The notes beneath the pieces were generated by a model. It was not told the origin of the DNA, did no database searches, and saw nothing but the letters and a program-made list of their open reading frames with translations. Below, in pieces: positions 28,182-35,727 of a stretch of 64,000 nucleotides of DNA. The position numbers were made by a program, and so were the translations under genes. This DNA is from a virus, in the IMG/VR virus record IMGVR_UViG_3300037518_000322, positions 32,001 through 96,000 of that record, one strand, 5' to 3'. Positions within the stretch are counted from its first letter, which is position 1. Each line of letters opens with the position of its first letter.

Positions 28182-29861
28182 TCAGTTGCCCTGGCTTACC
28201 TGCCAGGGCCAAGCGCCCCGTGATCCACCCTCCAGGAGAGGGATCATCTTGAACGCTTGATCCGTGAGGCCGCCGAGCGTGAAGCGGGCGTTGCTCCCGC
28301 TTGGCATGGCGGCTGCGGTGTACCCGGCGAAGTTCCACATGAACACCGGGACATTGAGGGGGATGAGTGCGTCCACGGACGTGTGCGTCACCTGACCCCA
28401 GCCGCCCGCCGTGTTCGAGGGCAGGTAGCCGGGCCTGGTCTGCTCGTCGGTGAGGATGATGACGCGGTCGTGGTTGCTGTAGTGCTTCCTGACCGCCGAG
28501 GGGATGTCCGTCCCCCAGTCCTTGCCGAAGGACTCGACGAGAGGCAGGACGCTGGTGCCCTTTCGGACCGGCATTTCCCGTGACCCTCTGTGGAACTCGA
28601 CAAGGGTCGGGTTCTTGGCGCGCACGGCCAGTGCGGCGCCGAAGACGGCCGCCTGGTCTGCACGGGAGATGTTGCTGATCTTGGGCCTGGGGAACAGGTG
28701 GTCGTACTCGGGGAACATCGACGGTGAGCGGTCGACCAGGATCAGCGTGCGGCCATCGAGGGACGGCACGTTGGCCAGCGAGTGGTTGAGTGCCTGCTCC
28801 AGTGGATACGCCCAGCGCAGCGACCCGGCGTCCTTCGTGGCGCGGTGCGCGGCGAGGAAGCGGAAGGGGAACTGCTTCGACTTGGCGATCTCGACAGGGT
28901 CGGTCAGCCGGTTGATGACCTGCTGGGCGACGGCGTCGGGGACACCGGCCTGGTCGAAGTTCCTCAGGTTGCGGAGCTGGGCCATCACGCCCATGGACGG
29001 GATCATCGCTTCCCAGACCCCGGTCTTGTGCACACCGAGGGAACCTGCCAGGGAAAGGGCGTCCTCCCACGTCATACCCGCGCTCTTCAGCGCAGTGGGA
29101 CTGCGCAGCAGCGAAGGGGCTTTGGCGACGTTCTTCCGGAAGCTGTAGTTCTCACTGATCATGGTCAGCGACTCGGGGATGCGCGCCTCGGCGGGGTGGT
29201 GACGGCGGTCGAGGGCGTACTGGAACAGGTCACCCTGCCACGGCTTGTCCAGGTCCGGCGCCGCGTGCACGATGTTGAGGACGTCGCCGAAGCGGTAGGC
29301 GTGGCTGTCTGTGTCGTACTTCAGCAGCGCCCGCGCGTTGTACAGGCGGCGTACGGCGTCGGCGACGCCACGCTTGACGGGCTTGGGGATCCTGCGTCCG
29401 TACAATGAGGTCCAGTAGGCGAGGATCTCGCCGGGCTCGTCGGCGCGCTGGCACACGAGGTTGATGATCTTCCGGTTGAAGCCGTTGTCCGACATCCCGG
29501 CGGCGAGGCGTTCGTGGACGAAGTCGACGGCGATCATGTGCGCGGCAGTGCGGATGCTGCCCGGACCGCGCAGCCACGTGGTGAACTCGACAGCCCACCG
29601 GGAGTCTTCGGCTGCGATCTGTCCGACGAGTTCACGCAGGCGGTCGTCGCGGTCGGCGCCCTTCTCGTAGAAGTCGTCCTTCCCGTCCTGGAGAGCGCCA
29701 GCGGCCCGGAGGTAGATCTCACCCTTTGCGGTACGTGTCCACCCGGACGCACCCTCGAACGTGCGGGTGTCCGGCGTCTTGGACACCGTGGCGATCGGGC
29801 TGGTTGCCTGCGCAACCGGCGGCTGTGCCCGGTGGCTGCGGCGGCTGTTGAATCGCGACAC
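28182..29861 (-). CDS. rsr: Ro60/Rsr TROVE-domain RNA-binding protein with vWA domain
   Basis: Motifs QRADEPGEILAY, LLKYD, MTWED, LRNLRN, QFPFRFLAA; vWA MIDAS DRSPSM, GTD and ILTDEQ; adjacent Y-RNA-like genes. Confidence 0.92.
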   Translation of the reverse strand: MSRFNSRRSHRAQPPVAQATSPIATVSKTPDTRTFEGASGWTRTAKGEIYLRAAGALQDGKDDFYEKGADRDDRLRELVGQIAAEDSRWAVEFTTWLRGPGSIRTAAHMIAVDFVHERLAAGMSDNGFNRKIINLVCQRADEPGEILAYWTSLYGRRIPKPVKRGVADAVRRLYNARALLKYDTDSHAYRFGDVLNIVHAAPDLDKPWQGDLFQYALDRRHHPAEARIPESLTMISENYSFRKNVAKAPSLLRSPTALKSAGMTWEDALSLAGSLGVHKTGVWEAMIPSMGVMAQLRNLRNFDQAGVPDAVAQQVINRLTDPVEIAKSKQFPFRFLAAHRATKDAGSLRWAYPLEQALNHSLANVPSLDGRTLILVDRSPSMFPEYDHLFPRPKISNISRADQAAVFGAALAVRAKNPTLVEFHRGSREMPVRKGTSVLPLVESFGKDWGTDIPSAVRKHYSNHDRVIILTDEQTRPGYLPSNTAGGWGQVTHTSVDALIPLNVPVFMWNFAGYTAAAMPSGSNARFTLGGLTDQAFKMIPLLEGGSRGAWPWQVSQGN

Positions 29862-29906
29862 GTTTGTCCTTCCTTGTCAGTTCGCACCAGCAGGACTGGT
29901 GGTCAG

Positions 29907-29995
29907 GGGAACTGGCGGGAATCGAACCCACTTCCCTTTGATGCCATCTTCGGGTATCACCAAGCCGCCGAGATGATCAGGTCTCGGCCAGTTCC
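29907..29995 (-). ncRNA. tRNA-like RNA with non-canonical D and anticodon arms
   Basis: Acceptor GGAACTG/CAGTTCC and T-arm GTGGG-TTCGATT-CCCGC, but a 6-bp D-like stem and an extended central stem. Confidence 0.55.
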
Positions 29996-30008
29996 ATGTC
30001 AGTTCCCG

Positions 30009-30082
30009 TGGGGCCTGAGGGATTTGAACCCCCGACCTCCTGGTTATCAGCCGGGCGCTCTACCAAGCTGAGCTAAGGCCCC
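30009..30082 (-). tRNA. tRNA-Ile(GAT)
   Basis: GGGGCCT-TAGCTCAGCTTGGTAGAGC-G-CCCGG-CT-GAT-AA-CCAGG...TTCAAAT...AGGCCCC-A; one mismatch in the anticodon stem. Confidence 0.88.
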
Positions 30083-30306
30083 GTGTGCTCTTTCCAGTCT
30101 TCGGCAAAGACTTGCCAGTGGGTCAGCTCGAACAGGGCCGGTGTTCCGTCGTTCAGTACGGCGACGAAATGCTGTCCGTACAGGCCGTCGGGGTCCGATA
30201 GCCGGATGTGGTGGTACTCGTGCGGGACGTGCGCAAACGTCCCCCACACACCGCGTTGTACTGCACCACCAGCCTTCATGATTCTGAAGGCTTCCCCGAA
30301 GTCCAT
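30073..30306 (-). CDS. DUF2829/Tad2-like small protein
   Basis: N-terminus MDFGEAFRIMKAGGAVQRGVW and C-terminus VFAEDW. Confidence 0.6.
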   Translation of the reverse strand: MDFGEAFRIMKAGGAVQRGVWGTFAHVPHEYHHIRLSDPDGLYGQHFVAVLNDGTPALFELTHWQVFAEDWKEHTGP

Positions 30307-30420
30307 CGTGTTCCTCTCGTTCAGTTTGTGCCCGGCCCGGGGTTCAACCCCAGCCGGAACCACGGCGTTTGCGCGGGCCAGGCATGACCCATCGTTGTAC
30401 AGGCGATGGGTGGTTCAACG

Positions 30421-30493
30421 TAGGGCCTGAGGGACTCGAACCCCCAACCAGCAGATCCGTAATCTGCTGCTCTGTCCTTTGAGCTAAGGCCCC
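30421..30493 (-). tRNA. tRNA-Arg(ACG)
   Basis: GGGGCCT...GCAGA-TT-ACG-GA-TCTGC...GGGGG-TTCGAGT-CCCTC-AGGCCCT-A. Confidence 0.9.
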
Positions 30494-30694
30494 TTGCCGT
30501 CGAGCCATGTCCTCCGCCTTCGCCGTCTCCGGGCGCGCGAGGCATCGACGTTCTCGGGGAGGTGGATTTTTCTGCCGGAGCAGCCCCGTACCTCTTTGTG
30601 TCCCATCCCGGGAGTGTCAGGACTCCCGGGTTTCCCACGCTGTCCCGAGCACTGGGTCATTGCGTGGACTGGCGGTGGGGCCGCCAGAACCGTG

Positions 30695-30799
30695 CACGCA
30701 GAGGTCGAGGTGGTAGTGGTTTCCGGTTGTTCAGACCGGGAGGTTCCTCCGGTGACGGAGGATGGTGAACGAAGTACCCACTGCCGTCGCACCTGCGTG
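30695..30799 (-). ncRNA. Y RNA-like (no tRNA domain)
   Basis: Terminal stem CACGCAGGTGCGAC...CTCGACCTCTGCGTG with Ro-binding-type bulge; internal GTACTTC. Confidence 0.7.
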
Positions 30800-30808
30800 A
30801 AGGTAAAG

Positions 30809-30939
30809 CTGTGCCTGAGGTCAAGGTCGATCACACCGTTTCGTACCAGCGCTCTACCAAGCTGAGCTACTGCGGCGGGATTTGAACCCGCGACCTCTGG
30901 TTCCCATTGAAGCAAGTGTGGTCTGCGCACCAGGCACAG
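30809..30939 (-). ncRNA. YrlA-like Y RNA with permuted tRNA-like domain
   Basis: Stem CTGTGCCTGGTGCGCAG...CTTGACCTCAGGCACAG encloses a T-arm (GCGGG-TTCAAAT-CCCGC) that precedes the D-arm (TAGCTCAGCTTGGTAGAGC). Confidence 0.85.
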
Positions 30940-30947
30940 TAAGTTAT

Positions 30948-31027
30948 GCGCGCCTGAGATCAAAGTTGGCGTTCCGGAGTGATTTCACCAAAAGAAGCAT
31001 CCGGGGTGCCATTCGCACCAGGCGCAC
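30948..31027 (-). ncRNA. Y RNA-like (short, no tRNA domain)
   Basis: Stem GTGCGCCTGGTGCGAA...TTTGATCTCAGGCGCGC; internal ATGCTTC. Confidence 0.75.
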
Positions 31028-31043
31028 GCTGCACGGGAGTTGT

Positions 31044-31131
31044 GGTGACCCTGCTTCCCCGCAGGGGGATGACTTCGTGTCCGTGGAACCTACCCATGCC
31101 TCAGATCCACTGCGTCGTCATCCGGATCACC
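31044..31131. ncRNA. unclassified multi-stem structured RNA
   Basis: Nested pairings GGTGA/TCACC, GGATGAC/GTCATCC, GTGGA/TCCAC and CCTGC/GCAGG within the RNA cluster. Confidence 0.4.
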
Positions 31132-31163
31132 GAATTTTTCAGCACTCTATTGAGTTGTTGAAG

Positions 31164-31235
31164 GGTGAAAGACGGGACTCGAACCCGCGCCATTCCCGGC
31201 GAAACCCGGGGCTCTGCCGCTGAGCTACATTCACC
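31164..31235 (-). ncRNA. tRNA-like RNA with aberrant 6-nt anticodon loop (pseudo-tRNA)
   Basis: Canonical D (GCTC-AGCGGCA-GAGC) and T (GCGGG-TTCGAGT-CCCGT) arms; anticodon arm CCCGG-GTTTCG-CCGGG. Confidence 0.65.
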
Positions 31236-31239
31236 AAGA

Positions 31240-31376
31240 CTGCCCGAGATCAAGTCGGAGACGGAAACAAGTTGCTCTACCAACTGAGCTACCGAGGAGT
31301 TCCCTCCCCAGGCGGGACTTGAACCCGCGACCAACCCATTAATAGTGGAAGTACCCGTTTCCTGCGCACCGGGCAG
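31240..31376 (-). ncRNA. YrlA-like Y RNA with permuted tRNA-like domain
   Basis: Stem CTGCCCGGTGCGCAG...CTTGATCTCGGGCAG; T-arm, then closed acceptor CTGGGGAG-GGAA-CTCCTCGG, then D-arm. Confidence 0.88.
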
Positions 31377-31463
31377 ATTGGGTGGCCGTCCATTTGCAGG
31401 TGGGCGGCCACCCTCGAATGTGCACCCACGCCAGCAAGCGCTCACTCGAAGTTGTGTGTTGAG

Positions 31464-31534
31464 CGGCAGAGATCTAAGTCGGCGTCGGATGGTTTTCTTT
31501 GAGAGAGAAGTATCCGAGGTCTTCGCACCTGCCG
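31464..31534 (-). ncRNA. Y RNA-like (short, no tRNA domain)
   Basis: Stem CGGCAGGTGCGAAG...CTTAGATCTCTGCCG; internal ATACTTC. Confidence 0.72.
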
Positions 31535-31547
31535 TTCGGGTGCGTTC

Positions 31548-31575
31548 ACACTATCACCACTTTGGGTGGCGTCAA
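31548..31575 (-). promoter_or_regulatory. HrdB/sigma70-like promoter of the Y RNA/Ro operon
   Basis: TTGACG-N16-TAGTGT just upstream of the first Y RNA. Confidence 0.6.
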
Positions 31576-31588
31576 CGCGTTTTTGACA

Positions 31589-31807
31589 TCAGTTGCGTGC
31601 CAGGGTTTCAGTTGGGTGAGTGGCGTCCGGATCTTCTGTGGTTCCGCGTGGGATGTACAGGGGGACGGGGACGGTGGATTCGGTGTCCTCGCGTACTTCT
31701 GTCATCTCCGGGTTTACGTTTTGCTTTCCTCTGTCCGAGGGGAGGATGCTGATGAGGAGGGTTGTGATCCAGAGTGCTGGGCCGGATCTTCGCCTGTGTT
31801 TGCCCAT
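31589..31807 (-). CDS. small protein with hydrophobic segment
   Basis: Preceded by two GACAAGGAA motifs. Confidence 0.5.
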   Translation of the reverse strand: MGKHRRRSGPALWITTLLISILPSDRGKQNVNPEMTEVREDTESTVPVPLYIPRGTTEDPDATHPTETLARN

Positions 31808-31875
31808 GCGTGGTTTTCCTTGTCACGCTTCCTTGTCGGGTTCTGCTGTGGAATTTACTTGCGGCGGTGCAACCT

Positions 31876-32229
31876 TTAGGCGGCTAGTGCGTCGTCTTCG
31901 CCGGTGTGCTGGGTCTGGGCGGTTGTGTCGTTCTTCTGGTGCAGTGGTCCGCCGTGGTGCCGCTGGTAGGTGGTGTACCATTCAACTACCTCGCGGTAGT
32001 TGAAAACAGGATTTCCTCGGCCGCCGTTGGCGCTGCCCTGCATGGCGGAGGTTTCTGGGAATCTGTTGTAGTGGCGGTTCGTCCACCACTTGTAGACGAG
32101 TTGCCGACTGATCGGACGCCGACGATCGGGGTAGCGCTTGTTGAGCAGTTTGGCTATCCCTGCGAACCCTCCGTGGGCTCTTTTCTTGTCGTCAACAACC
32201 GGTTCAGCCGGATGGTGGTTTCCGGTCAT
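31876..32229 (-). CDS. putative DNA-binding protein (AlpA/Xis-like HTH)
   Basis: GFAGIAKLL...ISRQLVYKW...FP...FNYREVVEW. Confidence 0.55.
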   Translation of the reverse strand: MTGNHHPAEPVVDDKKRAHGGFAGIAKLLNKRYPDRRRPISRQLVYKWWTNRHYNRFPETSAMQGSANGGRGNPVFNYREVVEWYTTYQRHHGGPLHQKNDTTAQTQHTGEDDALAA

Positions 32230-32649
32230 CCGTACCTCCCCGCGTTGTGCGGTGGGGGCGGGGGCCCGGATGTGAACCGGTGTCACCAAGACCTGAACCT
32301 GGTGGGGGTCGTTTTCCGCTCCCCCGCGCCGCTTACCGCTGTGCTGAACGTAGGCCAGAGGTCGCCTGTGTCATGTGACGGCACCTCTGCGGATTGATCA
32401 CTTTTTCGCAACGCCGCCGATTACGGATGTCGCAGGGCCTCGTACGGCGTGTCGGCCTCGACGTGCATGCGGTGGTCCGGGCATGCAGGCGTGGTGGGCT
32501 GCACGGCGTGTGGGGCACGGATCAGGCCCAGAGAGGTCATGCGTGCGACGTCCCGTCGTGTTGATCTTCAACGGTGGGGTTCACCCTACAGGGTGAAGAT
32601 GCCATGTGGAAGGAGTGAAACACCGGGTCAGGGCGTCACATTGTGTTGC

Positions 32650-33174
32650 TTAGAACGGGGGGAGACCGGGCGCGTTGGGGTCTGCTGCCGGGCCACCCAT
32701 GGGGGCTGCCATCGGGTCGGGTGCCGGGGCTGCGACGGGCGGGGCGGCGAGGGCCGACGGGCGCACCTTGATGTCTTCCATCTCTTCGTCGCTGGTCTTG
32801 TTCTTCTTCCGGCGGCCCACTGCGATCTGGCAGGTGCGGCCCTTGAGGGCGTCGCAGATCTGCTTGTCCTCGGGCTCGGCCTCGAAGAAGGCGTCGGTGA
32901 GTCCCATGGATGCCATGTCCTTGAACCACATGTCGACGAGTCCCGGGTACTCGCTGACGATGGTCATCCAGTTCTTGACCTTGCGTCCGGTGAGAGGGCC
33001 GGTGGTGATCTCGTACTCGACGATGAAGGACTTGCGGCCGGAGTTCTCGTTCACCTTGACGTCGGCGCCGATGACCTTGACGTCGTAGGTGCCGGTGGGG
33101 CAGAGCTCCAGTCCTGCGTCGCGGCGGGTTGCCAGCAGGTCACGGTAAAAGGCTTGTGCCACCTTAGTCACCAT
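32650..33174 (-). CDS. single-stranded DNA-binding protein (DUF669-like)
   Basis: PTGTYDVKV motif; Pro-rich tail ending PPF; next to the Sak4-like ATPase. Confidence 0.7.
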   Translation of the reverse strand: MVTKVAQAFYRDLLATRRDAGLELCPTGTYDVKVIGADVKVNENSGRKSFIVEYEITTGPLTGRKVKNWMTIVSEYPGLVDMWFKDMASMGLTDAFFEAEPEDKQICDALKGRTCQIAVGRRKKNKTSDEEMEDIKVRPSALAAPPVAAPAPDPMAAPMGGPAADPNAPGLPPF

Positions 33175-33652
33175 CCTTCCGGTTTCGCCTGGTTTGCCAG
33201 GCTTTGCGCGTGTTCTCGGATCGCTGCTCTGGAGTGAGCGAGGCGTTCCAACGCCTCGTAATCTCGCTCCGCTGTTCCCGTTGAGCCTCAGTCAACTTGC
33301 GCCCCACGTTTGCGGCGCGCAGTTTTTCGAACACGCCGTCGTAGGTGAAGTGACACGGTTGACACATCGGTTGGTAGTGTGCAAGGGGGTCGAACCCGTC
33401 GGTGTTGTGGATCTGCGCCCAGTGCGTGGCTTGACCACTGCACTCACAGCACTGGTAGTCGCTGGCTTTCCCCCGCAGATCCCAAACGCGTTGGTGACGC
33501 GCCTGATAGCCGGGTGGCCCGTCATGCTTCCCGCATGTGCAGTCCGGTTCGCACTTCCGCATCCGGTGTCGTGCACACTCGCACCCCGGCTGACAGAACA
33601 CGCCCCTGTGACGGCCGCATGTACAGCCCGTCGGGCACCTTGGACGACTCAC
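33164..33652 (-). CDS. HNH-like endonuclease with Cys/His repeats and NUMOD3-like tail
   Basis: Three CxxxCxCxxH repeats; HQRVWDLRGKA..C..C; MCQPCH; GRKLTEAQR. GTG is coupled to the upstream TGA. Confidence 0.65.
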   Translation of the reverse strand: MSRPRCPTGCTCGRHRGVFCQPGCECARHRMRKCEPDCTCGKHDGPPGYQARHQRVWDLRGKASDYQCCECSGQATHWAQIHNTDGFDPLAHYQPMCQPCHFTYDGVFEKLRAANVGRKLTEAQREQRSEITRRWNASLTPEQRSENTRKAWQTRRNRKDGD

Positions 33653-34377
33653 GCGGCAGACACCTCCCCACCCGCGCCATGGATCACGGAGAGCATGTCC
33701 GTGATGGAGGGGTTGTCGATGAAGTGGCCGAGCCTGCCGCCAACGCGTTCGCCGGTTGCGTAGCCGGGGGTGGGGCCGAGCAGGAGGCGGCGCACGATGG
33801 TGCCGTCTTCTCCTGGTACGGCTGCCAGGTAGCCGAGCAGATCCACCATGTAGGGGAGCGTCGTCTTCAGTGCGCCCTGGACGTGGGGCTGCCAGACGCT
33901 GTCCTGGCGCTGCTGTGCCATTGCGATCAGGAGCACGGCGTCCATGGGTTTGACGGCGTGGGTGGTCAGGTCGCGGAAGTTGCGGACCAGGAGGGATGCT
34001 TTGCGGAGCATCTCGCCCCAGTCGCGGAGTTCGAGGGGGTCGTCGCCCTTGAGGGAGTCGGCGAGGCGTTGCTGGACTTCGGAGATGGAGTCCATGACGA
34101 CGGAGCGGAATGGGTGCTGGCCGGTGTTGAGCCACTCGTATGCCTTGAGGACTGTGTTGTAGTCCCGGACGGTGACCAGGCAGGTGTCCCAGGTTCCGTC
34201 GCACTCGGGGATCTTCTGGGTGCGGGGGTCCCAGGCGATCTTCTTCGAGGGGGTGAAGCGTGAGCCCATCTCGGCGTCGAGGACGAGGCGCGGCGCGGGT
34301 GTGGTGTCTCCGAGTGTCGACTTGCCGCCCTTGGACGGGCCGTAGACGAGCATTGATATGCCCGGTGTGTCGGTCAC
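33649..34377 (-). CDS. Sak4-like AAA (AAA_24) ATPase
   Basis: YGPSKGGKST, LDAEMG, VVMDSISE, DWG. Confidence 0.8.
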   Translation of the reverse strand: MTDTPGISMLVYGPSKGGKSTLGDTTPAPRLVLDAEMGSRFTPSKKIAWDPRTQKIPECDGTWDTCLVTVRDYNTVLKAYEWLNTGQHPFRSVVMDSISEVQQRLADSLKGDDPLELRDWGEMLRKASLLVRNFRDLTTHAVKPMDAVLLIAMAQQRQDSVWQPHVQGALKTTLPYMVDLLGYLAAVPGEDGTIVRRLLLGPTPGYATGERVGGRLGHFIDNPSITDMLSVIHGAGGEVSAA

Positions 34378-35336
34378 GTGGTGCCCCCTTCCGGTGAGGA
34401 CACGCCGTGGGCTGCCTTCACCTGGTCGATCAGGGTGTTGGCGCGATACGCGTAGGGATCTGCGTTTCGTGTGAAGTTGGCGTCCATCGCGTCGTCGATG
34501 CGCGATCCGTCGTCGAACATGGGGCAGACCTTGGTGAAGGGGCAGTCCCAGGCGCAGCGGTCTGTGATGGGGTTGGGGTAGGCGACGAGTCGGTGGTCCA
34601 CGCCGGAGTCGAGCTGGCGGGTGACTCGTTCCATGTCGTCGAGGATGCCGGTGACACGCGTAATCATGTTGCTCTGCTCGGCCGCGTTGTAGCGGACGTG
34701 GACCTGCTCGTAGAACGGGCCGCTGGCGCGGGCGGTGCGCTTGGAGCGGAGCATCATGGTGTAGAGGGCGCCGTCCACGCGCATGCCGTTGGAGGAGATG
34801 GCCAGCAGGGCTGAGTAGATGCGCATCTGGGCGTCCAGCAGGATCATGTCGACCTTGCTGAGGGAGCCCACTGTTTTCCAGTCACGCAGCATGAGGGCGC
34901 CGTCGAGGCGTCGGCGGACGATCTGGTCGAGCTTGCCGTTGACGATGGCCATCTCGCCGTTGGTGAGCAGGATGGCTGTTTCCAGTTCCCGCTCGGTTGC
35001 GACGACTTCGTGTTCCTCGTCGAGTCCGTTCTCGGCGGCCCACTCCATGTAGCCGGACACCATGATGGTGGCCCAGTCCTGCTCTCCCGTGAGCTCTGGT
35101 ATGCGGTCGGGGCGTTTGTCCCGTTCGCTGTCGTAGATGGTGGCGAGGGCGTTGATGGGGTTGATGTCGTATCCGTAGTACGCCTCCATGGCGGCATGGA
35201 TACGGGTGCCCAGGAGCGCAACGCTGGTGACAGGTGCGTTCTCCGGACGTATGCCCCATTTGTAATGGTATGTCAACGCCCATTGGCGTCGGCATCTCTG
35301 GAATTTCGACAGCTCACTCGGGGAGACTCGCAGCAT
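34374..35336 (-). CDS. PD-(D/E)XK (Cas4/RecB-like) exonuclease
   Basis: SPS..F.RC, GTRIH, GKLD, DWKT, Q..Y, C..CPF...C. Confidence 0.85.
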   Translation of the reverse strand: MLRVSPSELSKFQRCRRQWALTYHYKWGIRPENAPVTSVALLGTRIHAAMEAYYGYDINPINALATIYDSERDKRPDRIPELTGEQDWATIMVSGYMEWAAENGLDEEHEVVATERELETAILLTNGEMAIVNGKLDQIVRRRLDGALMLRDWKTVGSLSKVDMILLDAQMRIYSALLAISSNGMRVDGALYTMMLRSKRTARASGPFYEQVHVRYNAAEQSNMITRVTGILDDMERVTRQLDSGVDHRLVAYPNPITDRCAWDCPFTKVCPMFDDGSRIDDAMDANFTRNADPYAYRANTLIDQVKAAHGVSSPEGGTT

Positions 35337-35494
35337 CAGGTCAGCGTCCCTCGGATGATCTCCGTGACGAGCACCTTGAGGAGCTCCATCGCCTGTTCAG
35401 GGGTGAATCCAGCGTTGATCCAGTTGAGATACATCTCGTGCTGGCCGACAGCGGCTTCCGCCATCGTGCCGAACGGGTCATCCGGCTGGTTCAC
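35336..35494 (-). CDS. small hypothetical protein
   Basis: HEMYLNWINAGFTPEQAMEL; coupled start and stop. Confidence 0.6.
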   Translation of the reverse strand: MNQPDDPFGTMAEAAVGQHEMYLNWINAGFTPEQAMELLKVLVTEIIRGTLT

Positions 35495-35727
35495 GCCGCC
35501 TCCCGCTGTGTGGGTATGTACGCGGCGTTGCCCTCGCCGTAGATGTGGGGGCCGTCGCATTCCCAGGAGTAGAAGTCGCTTTCGTCCACGGTGCTGCTGG
35601 CTGTTTTGTGGAGGATGAACTTTCCCCAGGAGACCCAGTGCGTTCCGGTGTTGATGCAGCGGACCGAGGTGGCTTCGCCGTAGATCTGGCAGCGGGGGTT
35701 CGCCGGTGGGTGCATGGAGGTGGTCAT
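35491..35727 (-). CDS. small Cys-containing hypothetical protein
   Basis: ATGA-coupled to the helicase. Confidence 0.55.
   Translation of the reverse strand: MTTSMHPPANPRCQIYGEATSVRCINTGTHWVSWGKFILHKTASSTVDESDFYSWECDGPHIYGEGNAAYIPTQREAA

Noticed and set aside
30809-31376. Circularly permuted functional tRNA genes
   Set aside because: The anticodon position is replaced by Ro-binding stems and a TROVE gene is adjacent, so a YrlA-type Y RNA explains them better.
34374-35336. Cas4 as part of a CRISPR system
   Set aside because: It is a stand-alone PD-(D/E)XK nuclease in the Sak4/SSB recombination module, which is common in phages.
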